This document shows positions 23,690 to 37,900 of a DNA stretch of 64,000 bases, one piece after another (the first letter of the stretch is position 1; the number at the start of each line of letters is the position of its first letter). A program made the translations under genes and the position numbers. The stretch covers positions 1,612,001 to 1,676,000 of the forward strand of contig JAKIMF020000001.1 in assembly GCA_022605425.2 (NCBI GenBank), read 5' to 3'. The notes under the pieces were generated by a model, which was not told where the DNA came from, searched no databases, and saw nothing but the letters and a program-made list of their open reading frames with translations. The stretch comes from Hamiltosporidium tvaerminnensis FI-OER-3-3 (Eukaryota > Fungi > Microsporidia).

Positions 23690-25660
23690 TACCACCTATC
23701 AGCTTATTTTTTCTTGCAGCGTATAACTTTTTTTAATATTTCGTTATAAAAATTAGGAAGTTTAGCTTCATTCCATACTTTTTAGTAAATTTGTCTTATA
23801 AATTATTTTTTACGTTCGAGAAGCCTTTCATTACAGCGAGTGGATCGTAAAAGTATTCTCAGTTTTAAGATTGCTATTTTCGAGTTAATATTTCTTTACT
23901 TTTTTTCTGACGATTCAAGATTTGCAGAAGCATATGTTTGCTTAACTCAATACTATGTTAATCTTTTCTGGATTATGTTCTAAGTAAAAAAAATCCTTTC
24001 TGCCTCCTGGGCGGAGATGTACCTTGCTTTTTGCCCCCGACGCATACTGAATATTTCTAATAAAAGAAGTCAGCCAGTTCAGGATCAAGTACTCTTATAT
24101 TTAAAGTGATCAATAATATCTCTGTTAATTAATTACAGAAATCTTTTTTCGGTTTAATCTAGTGTAACAAAGTCTTTTCACTCTTGATATGTTTGCTGTG
24201 TGCTTCTTCAAATGATCTAAAGACGAGGAAAGCTGTCTATCTTAATATATTCGAAAATTTACATACACCAACACTTTCTTGAAGATACGCGGTATCTTCT
24301 GGATCTTTTCATCCATACCTGATTTATTTCATTTTATTTTTACTCCCTTATGCTTTACAAGCTTTTTTTCTTTGCCTTCAGGTATCCTAAATGGCGTCTT
24401 GTGTTAATGGAGGCTTAATATCCATCCCGAACAAGAGTTTATTTGTAGCGAAATGAACTGAATCATTATGTATTGTCACTTTTTGATTTTTTGCTTGAGT
24501 TTGGCTCAAAAGATCGATACAAGCTAAAAACAAAGATTATAAACCTTCGCCTTCTAGCATCTTTTGCTTTTTAAGTCTGCCCATGTTTTTTTCTAGGTCC
24601 CACTGATGTATAAATTATTCCTTTTGATATTATTACCTTAATAAATTTAGAGATCCAAATAGGTTAATTCTAGTTTCTGATATAGTAAGATAAATAAACA
24701 TAATCTATCGATTTCTAATACATTTTGAAATATAGTCTCGCCGCCTTAAAATTGTTTCCGTACTCTTTATTGAAAGCAATATTCGTTAGACGCCGCTCTT
24801 TCGTGCCGTACAATCCTCGTACCGTATAAAATTGGTTCTCCGCAAACAACTCCGCTTTCCACTTTAATTGAACGACTTTCGTTACAGAACTTGTCGTTAA
24901 CTTATAAAGGTTGAACATACAGACTATCACCCAGTAGTCAGGGCTTTCCGATTAATTTATTTCAATAAAATACCTAAGCCTACAATAAAACCAATCAGTT
25001 TGGGGTATAATTTCCAAGCATATAACTTTAATAACACTATAAAGATATTTGGAGAGATTTTTGGCTTCTTGATGAAAAAACTGTGAATACCAATAATTCT
25101 AGCAGCTTTTAATTAAGAAGCCAATTAATAATATTTACAAATTCATCAAGTGAAGGAAACGTGGTCGGATGATATTCTGATACAAACGGAATCAAATATC
25201 ATTGTACGTGACTGTTCCATCATTTTTTCTACACGCTGTAGACGAAAACCCTTCATTTTATCCACATATGATCTCATTTACATAGTCGACAGGCTTCCTT
25301 AACTTTCGATCAATACATCTCGGAATACCTCAAACATACGATTTTCACTTCGGAACTGCTCTAACTTACATGCATCGTAAATTTATTAACATAGATATTT
25401 AAAGACTCATTCTGCTTAACTACACCTACAGAAAAATCATTTAAAAAGCACATGTTCATATTGAACTCTCACATAATTTTATTAAGTCTTTTCCTTTATG
25501 AATGAAGAGCTTTTCTTTTCTACAGGCTTTCACGAAAAGATCTTTGAAAAGTACTAACTCAAAAATTTCACTTCTGCTGCTTTCTTTCTAAGCAAATCCG
25601 ACCCTCTCTTTACGTGTTGCCTCATCATAACATTTTCTGCACAATCTGAAATTATATCAG
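23690..25660 (-). mobile_element. Decayed internal copy of the RLE non-LTR retrotransposon (RT region)
   Basis: Collinear nucleotide identity to about 41830-43850, e.g. CCTGGGCGGAGATGTA (~24006 vs ~42184), ACAAATTCATCAAGTGAAGGAAACGTGGTCGGATGAT (~25137 vs ~43342) and TTACGTGTTGCCTC. Multiple frameshifts. Confidence 0.92.
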
Positions 25661-25729
25661 TATATATTTTACCTAAAATATACGGTCTAAACATCAATAC
25701 TAAATCCTAATGTATTAACTAATAAAACA

Positions 25730-25970
25730 AAACCAAGCATAAACCCATAAAAAAACCAACAAAGTATTAAAATACAATAGAAAAACGTAAAAAAATAAGC
25801 ATAAATCCAATAGAAAAACCAACAAAGTATTAAAATCCAATAGAAAAACGTAAAAAAATAAGCATAAATCCAATAGAAAAACCAACAAAGTATTAAAATC
25901 TAGTCGAAAATCAAATAGAAAATCCAATAGAAAAATGCATAAAAACAAATAGAAAAACAAGGCATACACG
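25730..25970. repeat. 63-bp tandem repeat (~3 copies) immediately 3' of Tra1
   Basis: CCAACAAAGTATTAAAAT starts at 25756, 25819 and 25882. Confidence 0.85.
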
Positions 25971-25991
25971 CATAAATAACTAAAATTACTT

Positions 25992-28900
25992 TTAATACCA
26001 AGGATGCCACGAAAGAGGCATCAAACACAAATTCTCAGGATCCATAGAAGAATTCAACATCTTCAACAACTTCTTCCCATCACAACACATATCCATCCTC
26101 TCCATAACAACCCTTATATTCTTCTCAAATCCAATCCTCTTCTCTTCATCCAATCCCTTATAAAAGAACAACTGCTCAGAAAAACTTGCATCCTCATTTA
26201 TTACAACATAAATTAAATCACTTAAACACCCTCTTTTAACAAATACACTGTAATTATAGAAAAGAGAAACCATCTGTCCCTCAACACCTTCTTTTCCTAA
26301 AAATTTTTGTATATTCGGTGTCAGCCGTACATTTACACTTTCATTATTTTTAAAAATATATTTTTCTTCCAAACACGGCACAACATCTAAACTGTAATAA
26401 GACCCATCACATAACCCAATAGCTAATTTAGAAGGTTCCCTATTATAAGCACCCAACATATAAATAAACCAAGAAATTGAACCAAAACTCACACCAAAAT
26501 TCTTCCTAAAAGAAAAATACACATCAAAATCTCCACAATAATCTAAAAACCTGTCCTTTAAAATACTATCAGACACAAATTCTACCATCTTTCGATAAGC
26601 ACCCAATTTCAATTCTGAAGACAACCTATCTCCACTAGAATTACGAATATTCATAAAACAGTCCTCAGGCTGTTTTCCATCCCCTCTACCCTCACCATTA
26701 TCACCATTATTTTCTATCTCATTAGAATTAACCACACTAATACTACAACCAACATCCTCATCATTTTCACATCCAAAAAACACAGCCCTTCCAGCTAACT
26801 CATCAACATATTTCATATATTTTATAGCCAAATAGTGATAACTATATCCTATACGAGTACACCACTCATTAAGAATATCATCTAAAAAGAAATAACTCTG
26901 TCTAAAACTAACAAGTCTTATCTTATAAGATATTCTTATAGCAAGTTTAGGAGATAATCTAGCATTCTTTCTCTTTAAAGCTAATACACTAGCATTACTC
27001 CTACCTAGATCACCCTTTTTACTACCTGTATTCCTATTATCTGTAGTACCATAGTCTGTAGTACCAGTACTTCTAAAAGTATTTGTACTACCAGTATTCC
27101 TATTCTCATTTGTACCAGTATTCCTATTCTCATTTTTATCAAAATTTCTATTACCTTCTACACATTCTTCTCCTCCTGTATTACAATCCATATCATTCAT
27201 ACTAAATAAGAACTCTGTACCACATTCTACTTCCTTATCTAAAAACATAGCAGCTTGCATTATCTTCTCTTCTCTTTTATACAAACTAGTATCATGAGAA
27301 TGCATAGCAAAGAAATATTTCTTTCCATTACTTCCTCTAATCTCTAACTTTCTAATACAATACCCATTCTTCCAACTCAACATAACAACAGGTTCAAAAC
27401 TTTCTATTTTAACTAAATTATGATAACTCTCTTTAATAGGTATATACTGTCCAAACACATATATTTCACTGTATTTTGCATTCTCATAATCAATTAAAAA
27501 AGAACTTAAAACATCCAATCTTATATTATAAGGCATAGATTTCATCATATTTTCAATAATATATTTCCATTTATATACTTTGGCAAATACCTGACTTAAA
27601 GATATTTCTGTGGTACTAAAAAAATCATTTTTAAATTCATCATAATATTTCTGACATATTTTACTTAAAGATAAAACACCTAACATTCTATTTAACAAAG
27701 CTTCTAATCCTTTATTATTTCTTAAATCAAAATTACTATAATTATCAAATATATGCTTTAAAAGAAAATCAATAACAATAAAAGAATGTTCTTCATTGTT
27801 AGATTCAAATATTTGTAAAATATTATTAATAACCATATCAACAGTAAAACATGTAAATCCATGATGTGTCTTATAAAAAGACATTAAATTATTTAATCTT
27901 TCATGTGCTATTTTACATAAAGAAATATCATTATAAGAAACACTACTCAAATTAGTATTTGTTAATAAGTCATGTAATACATTTATATCTTCTTTATAAT
28001 TTATAAATTCGTTTTCTATATTTAATCTTTCTTCTAAAACTTCTTGACTTTTCAATGAATCTAAAATATTATCTAAAGATAAATTTATTTCACTATCTGC
28101 TACACTTAAATATGTATGAACTGCTTGTGGATGTATAGAAATTGCTTTTTTTAGAAATATTATAGCACATTCATATGATTTTGTAGAGAGTAAATCTATA
28201 AATTGTCTGATAAAAAAGAAGAAAAATTCTATTTTTAAATCATTTATAGAAATTTCAAATTCTTTAGTTAAATTACTTATAATAGCAGTGTTACTATTAG
28301 AAGCTAACAGTAATATTTTTATTATTTTCATCATAGAAATTCTACTTTTATTGTTGGTAAATAAAACACAGGTCTTTAAAAAAGCTTGAAAGGCTTTTAT
28401 GAGGAATTCTTCACCCTTGTTGTCTTTGTTGTCTTTAATATAATCCTTATTGTCTTCATTGTGTTTGATATAATCCTTATTGTCTTTAATATAATCCTTA
28501 TTGTCCTTAATATAATCCTTATTGTCTTTATTGTCTTTTATTTCTCGTCTGATATCTGGTCTAATTTCTTCTCTTCTATACTCTTCCCTGCTACCCATTC
28601 TCCTACACTCATAATAACATTTCTCCATAAAAATACCATAAGTATACCAACACTCTGGTACATCAGGACATATCTGTAAAGATTGTAGAAATAATTGTTC
28701 ACTTTTACTGTTAAAATAAGAAGTATTAGGACTATTAGGATAAGGGGTGTTAGGACTGTTAGAATAAGAAGGATTAGTAGTAGGGGTGTTAGGACTGTTA
28801 GTATAAGAACTACTAGAATAAAGGGTGTTAGGACTATGACTGGTAAAGGGTATATTGTTAGGACTATAAGGGTTATTGGTAGGGGTGTTATTATTAGGAG

Positions 28901-31900
28901 AATATGGGTTATTATTAGGAGAGTATGGGTTATTGGTAGGGGTGTTATTATTAGGAGAATATGGGTTATTATTAGGGGTGTTATTATTAGGAGAATATGG
29001 GTTATTATTAGGAGAGTATGGGTTAACAATGGGTGTGTTATTATTAGGTGAGTATGGATTATTAGAGGTGTTATTGGTAGGAGAATAAGGATTATTATAG
29101 GTGTTATTATAAGGATTAGTACTAAAGGGTATATCACTTACATTTACACCCCTATAACCATCTACACTATTACTAACACCCCTATAACCATCTACCCCAT
29201 TACTAACACCCATACTGTCCCTCTCTATAAAATATGTGAATAACCCTTTATAAAAGAATATCTTTCCTTTCTCTTTAACAGTAAAATAATCAATATTAGC
29301 ACCACACGCAAGTTCAAGTCCTTCTAAATATTTCCCTTCACATAAATAACACTTCAATTCCTCTTCAATCTTTTTAAAAGCATCTACCACTTCTATATTA
29401 CTAAGCATAAACACCTTAGAAAGAGAATTATGTGATAAATCATAACACCTATTCCTACGTGCTGTCTTACCTAAACAATTAAGACTTCTTGCTAAGTCAT
29501 GCATACCCTTAGTACTTATTTCACTTAATTCTAAATTAGAAATTCTATTATAAATATGATACCTCCATGTACAAAGAACCATCCAATTTTCTATACTGTA
29601 ATGACTTAAAGGCATTCTTTCTCTCCAAGTCTTCATTACCCATTTAATATTTTCAATATTATTTTTACTAAAATTAAATATATGTCTTGCTTCTTGCATC
29701 TCTACTATTACTTGTATCTGTTGTAACATATTAAAGTATTTATTACTACATCTTGGTATCTTTCCTATCTCTACAGTTGCACTCTTTAATAATTCTTCAA
29801 TTCTGTTTAAATCATAATTAACGTACATCAAATAGAAAGTCTCATAAAATTTTTTATCAAAACAATTCTTTCTAAGATTTAACATATTAAAGAAAGAAGA
29901 CCTGTCACTTTCAATCTCAAAATTAGAAAGTCTCCAACTACTTTCTGTTATCAATCCAAAGTCTCCAGTATAATTACCTAATTCTTGTATCAAATCCCAG
30001 TCTTGTAATTCTTTAGCACATTTTATCCATTCACTTACCCATTGATCATACTCACTCTTTATAAAACTCATTTCTCCATTCTTTGCTTTGTTCATCAATC
30101 CTTCATATTCTAATATAGCAGTTCTACTTTCTCCTAATAAATGGTTAAGTGCTACATCACTAGTCTCACTAAAATATGAAGAAGTACGTAACAGTCCAAA
30201 ATATAAATCATCTTCTTCTAAATATTCATAAATATGCATTCTTTGTTCTTCATTTACCATTTCTAAAAATAAATTATATGAATTACACATGTGACATAAA
30301 CTCATATAATTATCACCAAATGAATAAATATCTTTTAATAAACCAAATGAATGTATTATACTTCTTAATCCTAATATATCATGTCTATTATTTATTTCTT
30401 TAAATTTAATTGCCATATCTATAAATGCATAAACAATATCTTGTATCTCATTTTTATGCATCTTTTCTAAAATTGCATGAAAAACCCTAGGAAATACTTC
30501 ATATACTAAAGAATCACTGTTATATCCCATTTCACATACAACACCTAAAATATTAACACCTTTAAATTTTCTAACTACCGTAGTAAAAGGTGTCATTTCC
30601 TTACCAATGAAATTTTCAATATTTGGATTACCAGTGGTAGTATTAGTAGTATGGTTATTGGTAGAGTTGTTGGTAGAGTTGTTGGTACTTTTGTTGTTAT
30701 TAATATTACTCTTACTAGCAATACTGTTATTAATATTACTCTTACTACCACCCACACTACCACTAACACCACTACCACTGTAAAATGTCTGTATAACAGG
30801 TACTGATGTATCATTACTAACCTTCTCTGTACTAAACATATTCTCAAAATAACTATCATCTCCATAAACACAAAATTTAAAAGTTTCAATACCAACACAC
30901 TCTAAATTCATAAGAAGTAACCTAAATATACAATACAACCAATTACCTTTGAATTTTTGCCATTCAAATTTAAAAAGATATAAAATTCTTTTATGCCACT
31001 CATTGTTTATGCTTTTATGCAATAACGCATAAAAATCATTTCTTATTTCTTTTGCATAAAACTTTAAACCATTAAAATAAAATGAAATTGCTAATGCATT
31101 AAACTTACAATTCTCTTTCTTGAACAGAGATAGAACAAACAGATAAAATATTTCATCTTCACTTATTTCTCCTAATACTTTTAATATACGTAATTTGTTA
31201 GAATCTTCTATATTCTCATCACTAATCAACATACCCATATAATCATATAATACTTCTCTTTCATAAATATCATATTTAGATAACATATTCTCTGCAATAG
31301 AATTACAACCCTCTCTAACCCTTTCCCATATAGAAATACTATTAGTAGTATTTAAAGGGGTGTTATTACCAATATTATTAGTAGTATTTAAAGGGGTGTT
31401 ATTACCAATATTATTAGTAGTATTTAAAAGGGTGTTATTACCACTATTAGTAGTATTAGTATTTAAAAGGGTGTTATTACCACTATTAGTAGTATTAGTA
31501 TTTAAAGGGGTGTTATTATAAGTGTTATTACCACCACTGTTACCTAAAAGGGTGTTACTAACACCCCCACTACTCATTAACCTTACCTTCCTTAATAACA
31601 CCCCATATACTACACTACCCCCACTAACACCCATCTTACTAATAACCTCTAATAACCCTACAACAGCCTCTATACACTCATCACACTCCTCAATAAGATA
31701 CTTTAATATCATAAATACTGTTTTACTATTAATAACACCCTCTAGACTTACATATTTACTAACAACATTTAAAAGAAACCCAACATCAAAATAAGAAAGT
31801 AATTCTTCAAAAATACAATCATCAGTAAATAAATTACACTTTAAAGAGGTAAGGGTAGCAATGAACTGTGATTTGTAATTAAGAATATTTGTATATGTAT

Positions 31901-34900
31901 ATGTATTGTTATTTGTATATGTATTGTTATTAGTATATCTGTTGTTATTAGTATATGTATTGTTATTAGTATAGTTATAGCTATTACCATCCCTATCCCT
32001 ATTGTTATCCCTATCCCTATTACTATCCCTATATATATCACCCCCACTCCTATCCACATCACCCCTATGTACTATCAACCTACACTTCTCTAATTCTTCT
32101 TGTACTGTCTTACTAAGATTAACACTCTCTATCTTTTCTACATTCATTATTAAATTAAAATCTAAAGTAAGAAATAAAGGTAAAGGTAAATTACCTAAAT
32201 AACACCCATTAAGAAAATTAAGAGTATAAAGCATTTTAAATACCTCAATAAAGGGTAAGTAAGTATCAGAGGGTATAAAGCATTTAATATGAGAAGTGTT
32301 AGTGTTGTTAGTAGTATTATGTGTGGGGGTGTTAGTATAGTTGTTAGTAGTATAGGTGTTATTATTATACTTACTACTGTTATCACTATTACTAACACCT
32401 ATACTATTACTAACACCTATACTATCCCTATCACTAACACCTATACTATCCCTATCACTAACACCTATACTATTACTAACACTCCCACCCATATCACCAC
32501 ACACTACACCACTCCCACACCCACCACTACCCACTTGCAATATTACACTTAATAGTTGAGATGCCATCTTACAATGTACTAACATATATGTCCCATACAA
32601 TCTAAATATACAATCACATACTTCAAAACATACTTTATAAGAAATAAGACTATTACACTTAACAATTAAAGGGTATGTAACTGATAAATGTATTTTATAT
32701 AAAACTTCACTTCTTAAGACTTTTAAGAGTAAAGATTCAAATAAATTACAATTATAATGAAATAACAGGTATTCTAATGCAGGTAGTGTTATTTCTTTAT
32801 ATTCATGATGTGCATAAATTAATTCATTAAAATATGAAATATCAGGCATAAATATAGAAAGATAAGATAACGCTTTATATTTTATACTTGTTTTACTTGT
32901 TATTAGATTCTTACATACTTCTATAACTGTATTACTTCTTATTTTATAATCTATAAATATACTTAGTATGTTATATCTCCATTCATTTTCCTTACTAAAT
33001 TCTTCAATACTACCCTCCAAACCAGCAAGGTCAATAGTAAGGGTAGTGATATTTAAGTTGTTATTGATATTTAGGTTGTTATTGATATTTAAGTTGTTAT
33101 TGATATTTAGGTTGTTATTGATATTTAGGTTGTTATTGTTATTTATATTGCTTAGGTTGTTACTGTTACTACTGTTGTTTAGGTTGGTGTATTGAGGTGT
33201 TATGGTGGTGTTAGAGTAGCCAAAGGTAATGGTAAGGGGGTGATATGCATTAGTATTAGTGTTAAAGGGGTGTTGTTCATATGTAGTGTTAAAGGGGTGT
33301 TGTTCATATGTATTGGTATTAACACCCTGTTGTATATTAATATTATTATTAACACCCTGTTGTTCACTATACTTATTATTAACACCCTGTTGTATATTAC
33401 TATTATCCCTAACACCCTGTTGTTCACTATACTTATCCCTAAGACCCTGTTGTTCAATATATTTATTATTAACACCCTGTTGTTCACTATACTTATTATT
33501 AACAAGGTGTAAGGTATTAATACTATCACTAACACCCCCTACCCTCCCCATATTACAATACATCCTTAATCTCCTTCTTATTACCTCTATCGTCATACTC
33601 TTAAGCCTCTCATTAACATTCTTATCTCTAACCCTACTATAATCATTAAGAATAAAAGAATAATCAAATTCAAATAAATAATTAATAGTCTCTACTGACA
33701 TAACACCTACCTTACTTCTTAGAAATGTTATAAGAATAGAAGTATCTTTATTCCTATTAACACACTCTCTTAATAACATAGCACTATAATGTATTTCATT
33801 CTCTTTAAATTTATAATTTAAAATATCTAAAAATATAAAAGTATGAGAATAAGAAATTTTATCAGCCAAGTGTTTGTTAGTATTAGTAGTATCTCTAGTA
33901 GTATCTCTAGTATTATCTCTAGTATTATCTCTAGTATTATCTCTAGTATTATCTCTAGTATCTCTTATATTATCTCTTATACTAGTATCCCTACCACCAC
34001 CCACACTACCACCATCCCTACCACCACTACCCCCTACACCCACCTGCATTACCTCTACAAAGAATATCTCTCCAAATACATTAACATTCTCTTTAAAATA
34101 CTTACTCATTATACTAGAATTACTATATAAATATATAAATAATCTAAAAGTACTATAATAATTCATATGTTTAAATAACAAATTACTAAGAATTACATTT
34201 CTTTCAATTATTTCTTTAAATAATCTTAATAATCTATAATTTGTTAATAATTTATAATTATTTTCTAAAATTATAAAGGTTTTAACAATATTTTCTAATA
34301 AATGTTTATTCTTTTCTAAGAAAGATACTTTAAACTTTAAAATAGAAATTAATTCAAATCCTTTATAAAGGAGGTCAAAGGAGTTAGGGGTGTTGGTTGT
34401 ATTGTTGTTGGGGGTGTTGTTGTTGGGGGTGGTGTTGTGTGGGGTGGTATTTTGGTTAGTATTAGTATTAGGGTTATAAGGACTGTTATTACTACCTATT
34501 TTACTACCTATATTACTACCTATGTTACTACCTATGTTACTAACACTATTACTACCTACATTACTACCTATGTTACTACCTATGTTACTACCTATGTTAC
34601 CACTAATACTGTTACCACTAACACCCCCTACACTAATACTACCACCCACACTCATCCCCACACCTACACCCCACACACCCATCTCCTCTACCTTAAATAT
34701 CTCTACCACCCTACTAACAACTACCTCTGTAAGCATATCATTATCTAAATGTCCATCATATATTTCTAATAAATTAATAAGAAATGAAATACTTTGAATA
34801 TCTAATCTTTCAACCATAAATTTACTAAAAAATACTTTTTGTAAATTTAAAAGTAATTTTTTACTTAAATTATTATAATGTATAAGACATTGTCTTAATC

Positions 34901-37900
34901 CTTGTTTACATAATTCTATTATATCTGTTATATTACTATATAATCCTTTATAAAATAATATTATTATTGTTTCTAATATTTCTTTATTATTTTCTTTATT
35001 ATTAGATAGTGTTATTAAAGAGAGAAGGTATTTATAAGAATAGATAGAGACATCAGAGTCAGTGGGGGTGTTATTGTAGGGGGTGGTGTTGTTGTTAGTA
35101 TAAGGGTTACTAGTAGTATTGTTAGTATAAGGGTTACTAGTAGTATTAGTAGTAGTATGGGTGTTAGTATAAGGGTTACTAGTGTTACTAGTAGTATAAG
35201 GGTTACTAGTAGTATTAGTAGTATTGTTAGTATAAGGGTTACTAGTAGTATTGTTAGTATAAGGGTTAGTAGTAGTATGGGTGTTAGTATAAGGGTTACT
35301 AGTAGTATTGTTAGTATAAGGGTTACTAGTAGTATTAGTAGTAGTATGGGTGTTAGTATAAGGGTTACTAGTGTTACTAGTAGTATAAGGGTTACTAGTA
35401 GTATTAGTAGTATTGTTAGTATAAGGGTTACTAGTAGTATTGTTAGTATAAGGGTTACTAGTAGTATTGTTAGTATAAGGGTTAGTAGTAGTATGGGTGT
35501 TAGTATAAGGGTTACTAGTAGTATTGTTAGTATAAGGGTTACTAGTATAAAGGTTATTAACACTATTACTTATATTACTACTGTTATTACTTATATTACT
35601 ATTTATATTACTAACACCCACACTACCACTAACATTAACACCCATACTAACACCCACACCCACACCCATACTAACACCCACACTACCACCCATCCCAACA
35701 CCCATACCACTTATATTACGGTTAAGCTTTGTTATAACTATATCATATAAAGGATATACATTCTCTATAAATAAAGGGGGTCTTAATCCTAATATATAAG
35801 ATAAACTATCTAATTTAGCACATTGTTCATTATTATTTCTAAAATAAGATTCTCCTTTAAAAATTGTATTTCTTATTAAATCTTTATAAGGTTCTAATAA
35901 TTCATTAACAGATAAACCTTTAAGTTCAGATAAATATTCTAAAGAAGATTGTGATATTTCTCTTACTTTATTACTTATACTTGTTATACCACCTAATAGT
36001 AATACTGTTATATCTTTATCATATGTTATTTTATCAGAGGTATTAGAAAGGAGATGGAAAGTAAAGATATTGTTGTGAGGGGTGTTATTGTGTGGGGTGG
36101 TGTGTGGGGTGGTGTTGTTAGTGTTATTGTGTGGGGTGTTACTAAGGTTATTACTAGGGTTATTACTAAGGTTATTACTAAGGTTATTACTACTATTACT
36201 AGGGTTATTATCCTTATTACTACTATCCTTATCCCTATTACTACTACTACTACTATCCTTATTACTATTATTACTACTATAACCCACATCACCACCCACA
36301 CTACAAATATCACCCTCACCCCCACCACCACTGTCAAATGTCCTTCTTAATATATAAAATATAAGATCCCTTACACTATTACACTCTTTATCACTTAATC
36401 TTACATAAAAAAGTAAAGTAGAAAGAATATCACATCTTTTACTAAATAACCATACATCTCCTAAATCTATATTCTTAATAAAATATATTAAACCATTAAT
36501 ACCTGCTTTTCTTTTCTTTTTATGTTCATAAGAACATAAAGAACATAATTTTTTAAGTATTTCATCATATAAATCTACTTTACTACAATTAAGTGTAGTT
36601 TCACATATTTTAAATATAGAGGTGTTAATTCTTTTAAGTATTTTTTGTGCAATTAAAAGGGTTTTATTTGTACTACCAAAACTTTCTATTAAAGCATCTA
36701 TAAACGGTGTATAATCAAAGTGTATTTTAGTTTTTAAACTAAATAATTTAAATCTTTGTATTATTTTATAAACAACTACTTGTGTTGCAAGTCTTTTTAA
36801 TATAAAATAAGAATTATTTTCAAATGAGAAATTACTACATTCGAATAGAGAAAGTATGGAATCGTAAAATATTTGTTTTTTGTTTATTATACTTTCCATA
36901 CTTATTCCTTTTAATCTTTTTAAATGTGTAAAGTTTAATGCTGATTGGTATTTATTTCTTAGGAAGTTTGTAAATCTTTCTTTTTTTATTATTCTTAGGT
37001 GTTTACAGGCTTTTTCTATTACTTCTCCGTTTTCTAAAACTGACCAACCAGCTGCTTCGTATATGAAATTGGCTATAAGGATATAAGAGTTATATAAAAG
37101 GGTGTTAGAAACAAAAGGTATTTTTATGGTATTTTTAAAGGTGTGAATATCAGAGACAGAACCTATAAAACTTTCTTTTATAGAAATACCTATTATGTAT
37201 TGAATAGCATGTGTTAAAGCAGTATCAAGAGGGAGTGTAATAATAGATGTAGGGGTTATGGTGTTATTAGTATAGATACTGTTAATAAAGGGGTCTTGTT
37301 TACTAGTATTGTTATTGTTATTGTTATTACTAGTATTGTTATTGACAGTATTGTTATTACTAGTGTTGTTATTAATAGTATTGTTATTAATAGTATTGTA
37401 ATTAATAGTATTGTTATTAATAGTATTGTTATTAATAGTATTGTTATTAATAGTATTGTTATTAATAGTATTGTTATTAATAGTATTGTTATTACTAGTA
37501 TTGTTATTACTAACACCCTGTTGGTTATTAGATGGATGACTAACACCCTGTTGTTCATAAGTAGTATCATTAACACCCTCTAACCTACTACTATCATTAA
37601 CACCCTCTACCCTACTACTATCATTAACACCCTCTAATCCATTACTAACACCTATCATTCCACATACTATGTCAAACATACCTTTATTATAAGACTTATG
37701 TATATATGTCTGTGTAGATTCTAAAAACTTTCTATTAAAAGTTTTAAGTTTACCTAAAATACGTGCAGCAATACTATTAGTCTCTTTTCTATCCATCATT
37801 TCCATAAGAATACATACAATCTCATACATATATCCTTCAGTTATACTTTCAACATATTCTAAATTTAAATTATCTAAACACAATTCTAAAGTACGAAGAC

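Noticed and set aside
25715-25969. 84-aa hydrophobic ORF downstream of Tra1
   Set aside because: It is a translation of the 63-bp tandem repeat.
35090-35555. GGGTTA-containing repeats as a true telomere or interstitial telomeric array
   Set aside because: GGGTTA occurs singly within longer codon-multiple units inside an ORF, not as tandem TTAGG(G)n. Kept only as a mechanistic hypothesis.
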